From Octopus sinensis (Eukaryota), in the NCBI RefSeq assembly GCF_006345805.1, contig NC_043016.1:11532001-11596000 (forward strand): a stretch of DNA of 64,000 bases. Direction: 5' to 3'. This document shows positions 60,250-64,000 of this stretch, piece by piece. The notes beneath the pieces are model-generated. The model saw only the letters and a program-made list of their open reading frames with translations, was not told the DNA's origin and did no database searches. How positions within the stretch are numbered: position 1 is the first letter of the stretch; every line of letters begins with the position of its first letter. The position numbers and the translations under genes were made by a program.

Positions 60250-61121
60250 CAAAGAGGCACTCAAAAGTAACCAGAAACGTTCACAGTGAGACAAGCCCAT
60301 TGTAGTTCAGGTTTCCACTGCTAGGAGCCACTTGATGCGACCCTCAGGCATCAGTCTGCCAATCAGTGGCGTCAGATAGAGTGCTTCTCCTCTGTTCATC
60401 AATTTTCGCAATAGCTGAAACGAAGGAACAGCATGCTTCCATGAAATTCTGTGTTCTGCTGGGGAAAACAGTGGCTGAAACAGTTGTCATGCTTCAAACC
60501 ACTTACAAGGACACTGCCATAAGCAAAACACAAGTTTACGAGTGGTTTCCATTCTTTAGGAATGGTCACTTGTTGCTTCAAAACCAACTTCGTTCAGGGC
60601 CACCATCAACCTCCCAAATGAATGAAAACATCCCAAAATTTCATGAACTGATTTTGGAGGACCTTCACCGAACAATTGACAAACTTGTTGATATGATTGG
60701 GGTGTTCTGGATCTCCTGTCAACAATTTTTGAGCAAGGAATTGTGAATGAAAAGAGTCTCAACAAAATTTGTGCCTCGTTTGCTCACAGAAAATCAAAAG
60801 CAATCATGACTTAATGCATGTTGTGAACTGAAAGAACAGTTGGAAGTTGATCCAAACCATTTTTCAAAGGTCATCACTGGTGACAAAAGCTGGTGCTATG
60901 GAATTTGCTGATGTAGAAGAGGTGAAGAAAAAAGCAGCAAAGACATTAAAAGACATCACTTCGCAAGAGTTCCAGAACTGCTTCAAACAGTGGAAAATGC
61001 ACCTGGACCAATGCCTTGCTTCAAATGGAGAATACTTGGAAGGCGATAAAAATGTAAACATGTAAAAGTAAGGGAATAGAATAAAATTACAAAATTCTGG
61101 TTTCTTTTGGGTACCACCTTG
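60250..61121 (+). mobile_element. Mariner transposon, internally deleted and non-functional
   Basis: TA|CAAAGAGGCACTCAAAAGTAACCAGAA matches the right TIR at 22 of 27 positions; EQHASMKFC..SKTQVYEWF..RSGPPSTS HTH, FVPRLL, VITGDKSWCY fused to FADVEEVK..NGEYLEGDK. Confidence 0.9.
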
Positions 61122-61319
61122 TGTCTCTTACTCTCTCTCTCTCTCTCTTTCTATCTATTTCTGTGTCTGTCTCCCTATCAGCAGAGAAAACATTGTCTAA
61201 TTCTCTTAAAAACTTACAACTGATGAATAATAGAACATCCTAAACTGCATTAAAAGGAAAAACAAGAGAAGCACCTAATTGAATTAGCTATGAAACCTCT
61301 TACTAACATTCTCCAGGCC

Positions 61320-61520
61320 TTGTCACCTCTTGTCTTTTCTACTACAATTACTGTTCAGTGGCCTCTGCTCCTGAAAGTTGTCTGACTTCATGCCAGCTCT
61401 TCCCTGACATTCATTGTCTACTTATCTCTCCTCTTCTTGCCAAGCCATGTTTTTTTTCCACTAGTTTCTCCCCCCTCCACACACATCACCATCTCCACTC
61501 ATGGTTATTGCACCATCCAT
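61320..61520 (-). mobile_element. Possible decayed RTE C-terminal coding remnant
   Basis: ..KTWL..NVREELA..VVEKTR on minus resembles the RTE terminus. Confidence 0.4.
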
Positions 61521-61735
61521 TTCATCTTTTAGCTTTTACTTGTTTCAGTCTTTGGACTGTGGCCATGCTGGGGCACCATGTTGAAGGGTTTAGTCAAATA
61601 AATCAACCCTAGTATATATATATATATATTTTAAGCCTTGTGTTTACTTTGTTAGTCTCTTTTGCCTAATCACTAAGTTATGTGAATGTAAACAAACTGG
61701 CACCAGTTGCCAAGCAGTGGTGGGAGATAAACACA
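61520..61735 (-). mobile_element. SINE family A 3' half
   Basis: TTTTACTTGTTTCAGTC..GGCCATGCTGG..AAGCAGTGGTGGG. Confidence 0.8.
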
Positions 61736-62299
61736 GAGTGTACTGGGCACTTTTTATGTGGCACCAGCACCGGTAGGGTTGCCAAGTAATTTGCAATACA
61801 GGAAAGAACAAGAAAAGGGGAAAAGGCTCTCTTGACTAAGTGGCGTCAGTGGTGGTGGGTAAGGGGTATTCAAGGGGGAGGGGAGGGGATTTTTTAATGC
61901 AAGGGATAAGCAGGTACCTAGTATGGTTAATATTTCTTCTGGAAATGTCCTCTTATTCAGTGGGGGAAAATCCATCAACTAAACTAATTTTTTTAAAAAG
62001 CGATACATACAATCCATGAAAGCACTTACATTTTTTTTTGTTTTCTTTTTATGTGATTTTTTTCTTTTTTTGACATTTTGGTGTAACTAGTCTAAGAATG
62101 GAGATTTGAGTATTTGTATTTCTGTTAATTGAAACAAACAATCCAGCATAGATTTATTCTAATAATAAATATGTCCTTTTTCACCTTATACACTCACACT
62201 TCATCCATCTTACATGTCCCGTCTGATGGCTATAAAAACTATCTGAGTTATATATAACCTGGAAACATGTCACACAATATCGTCATAATCCATACCACA

Positions 62300-62700
62300 G
62301 CTATCCACCACCCTTAGACACATTAGATTTATAATTCTATAATCTATTCCATTACATATATCTGTAACCTAAGCTTCAGTTATCCACTATGCCGATTTAC
62401 TATAACATATTATCTATAATCTCTCTCAATTATCCATGGAGCCTTTTCTTATGACATATCAGACCTATAACCTTCACATCAGTCTACCACTATGATCTCT
62501 CTGACACGTTATACCTAGAGTCATCTACTATAACCATCTCATACATTATTACCATCTCCTATGATACATCATATCTATTACCAACTCTTCATTCATCTAC
62601 TATGACCATCTCTATGACACCTCATATCTATAACATACATCAGTAGTCATTCCGCTATAACTCTCTCCTACGACAGATCTTATCTATAACAACATGCATA
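62300..62700. repeat. Degenerate minisatellite (TATCTATAAC / CATCTACTATGAC units)
   Basis: Recurrent motifs visible; period irregular. Confidence 0.55.
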
Positions 62701-63225
62701 ACCAATGCCATGGCACTTTGTCATTCAATTCTTTATTCCTTACCATAACATCCATTGACAACCAAGTTCAGTAGTCTCCTTTACTGTAGTGTATTACCTA
62801 ATATTACCTTTCAGCACTTATTTCGTCCATTCCTCCTTATCTACTTCAACCGATTCCATTGTTGAATCACGCAAAGTCACACTGATCAATAAAGTATAAA
62901 ATTAACCGTTTCTGGGTTCTTTCTTTCTTTCTTTCTTTCTTTTTTTTTGTGAGAAGCTAATGGTTTAAGAAAAAGAAGAAAGAAAAAAAACGAAAAAGAG
63001 AGCTAAAGGTTTCATTGTCTCCTCTGGCTGTAACACTGATTTATTCCATTGCTTAAAAGCATTTTATTCAAACAAAAATAGGTCAGAACTGCAGCCACTA
63101 CAAAGTTGGTTGGTGTGTCTTGCAAATGATTATAATCATTTTCCAAAGACTTCCCCACTTATTTGTGCATTTCTTTGCTCTTAAACACACACAAACACAC
63201 ACACATGAATATAAAAATCCATGTC

Positions 63226-63259
<34 letters not shown>

Positions 63260-63561
63260 TTCTGTGTTAGATAATAAGTGAGTTATATACCTCTTATCAT
63301 AATCACCCATTGTCATATTAATTGTGGGATTGCTTGGTATCGCATTGATGTTTTTCTGGTTTATATATTTTTTTCTGTTTGTTTTTGTATTCTTTGCTTT
63401 GCCGTACTCTACTAGGCATATATCAATGTCATATCAATATATGGCAATTTTCTTTCCTTCTTTTTCTTTCATACATGTCATAAACCGTTATAGTTCAGCG
63501 CATACATGATTGATTTTTCCACACAATTTGTAGCAACATTTATTTTGTTTCATTTTACATT

Positions 63562-63602
<41 letters not shown>

Positions 63603-63606
<4 letters not shown>

Positions 63607-63865
63607 GTCCATGCTGGTGGCACATAAAAAGCACCAACTGATTGTAGCCACTGCCAGCCTCCTCTGGCCCCTGTGCCGGTGGCATGTAAAAAGCACCCAC
63701 TATACTCAGGGAGTGGTTGGCATTAGGAAGGGCATCCAGCTGTAGAAACACTGCCAGATCAGATGGGACCCTGGTGCAGCCTCCTGGCTTTCCAGACGCC
63801 AATCGAACCGTCCAACCCATGCTAGCATGGAAAATGGACGTTAAACGAGGATGATGATGATGATG
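63603..63865 (+). mobile_element. RTE LINE 3' end (family C)
   Basis: Two repeat units, conserved UTR, (GAT)n tail; between (TA)n and (TG)n. Confidence 0.9.
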
Positions 63866-64000
63866 GTGTGTGTGTGTATGTATGTATGTGTGTATGTATG
63901 TATATATATATATATATATAGTTTCCTTTCCAATTCACTAAACTCCTTTAGTTAGTAGATTGCTGTTGCTGTCATTACCATTGGTCCCCACCCCTTTATG

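Overview
AT-rich, repeat-dominated eukaryotic genomic DNA. The repeat families (tRNA-derived SINEs, RTE LINE ends with (GAT)n tails, abundant TA/CA microsatellites) point to a coleoid cephalopod, most likely Octopus; this is recognition, not a database result. Most of the window is transposon-derived: at least four SINE-like families, RTE, CR1-like, Penelope-like and possibly Dong/R4-like LINE remnants, two piggyBac-type TTAA MITE families, two non-autonomous Helitrons, a DINE/HINE-like element and an internally deleted mariner. One convincing host coding exon is present (+, 46758-47890, ATG at 46840; low-complexity polyN/polyQ/polyS/polyA protein, unidentified). There is a plausible downstream micro-exon (52669) and a CpG-rich candidate promoter region (about 22.8-29 kb). 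The most interesting observations are: (i) a 7 x 253-bp array of complete TTAA MITEs joined by an invariant 23-bp spacer that recurs at other loci; (ii) several minimal type I hammerhead ribozyme motifs, two well formed and others decayed, including an inverted pair, together with Penelope-like GIY-YIG remnants; (iii) a variable-number, hairpin-rich repeat module in RTE 3' ends; (iv) family-specific insertion into different microsatellites. Almost all ORFs in the supplied track are artefacts of microsatellites or SINEs. Family names A-F are my own labels, and boundaries of old repeats are approximate.
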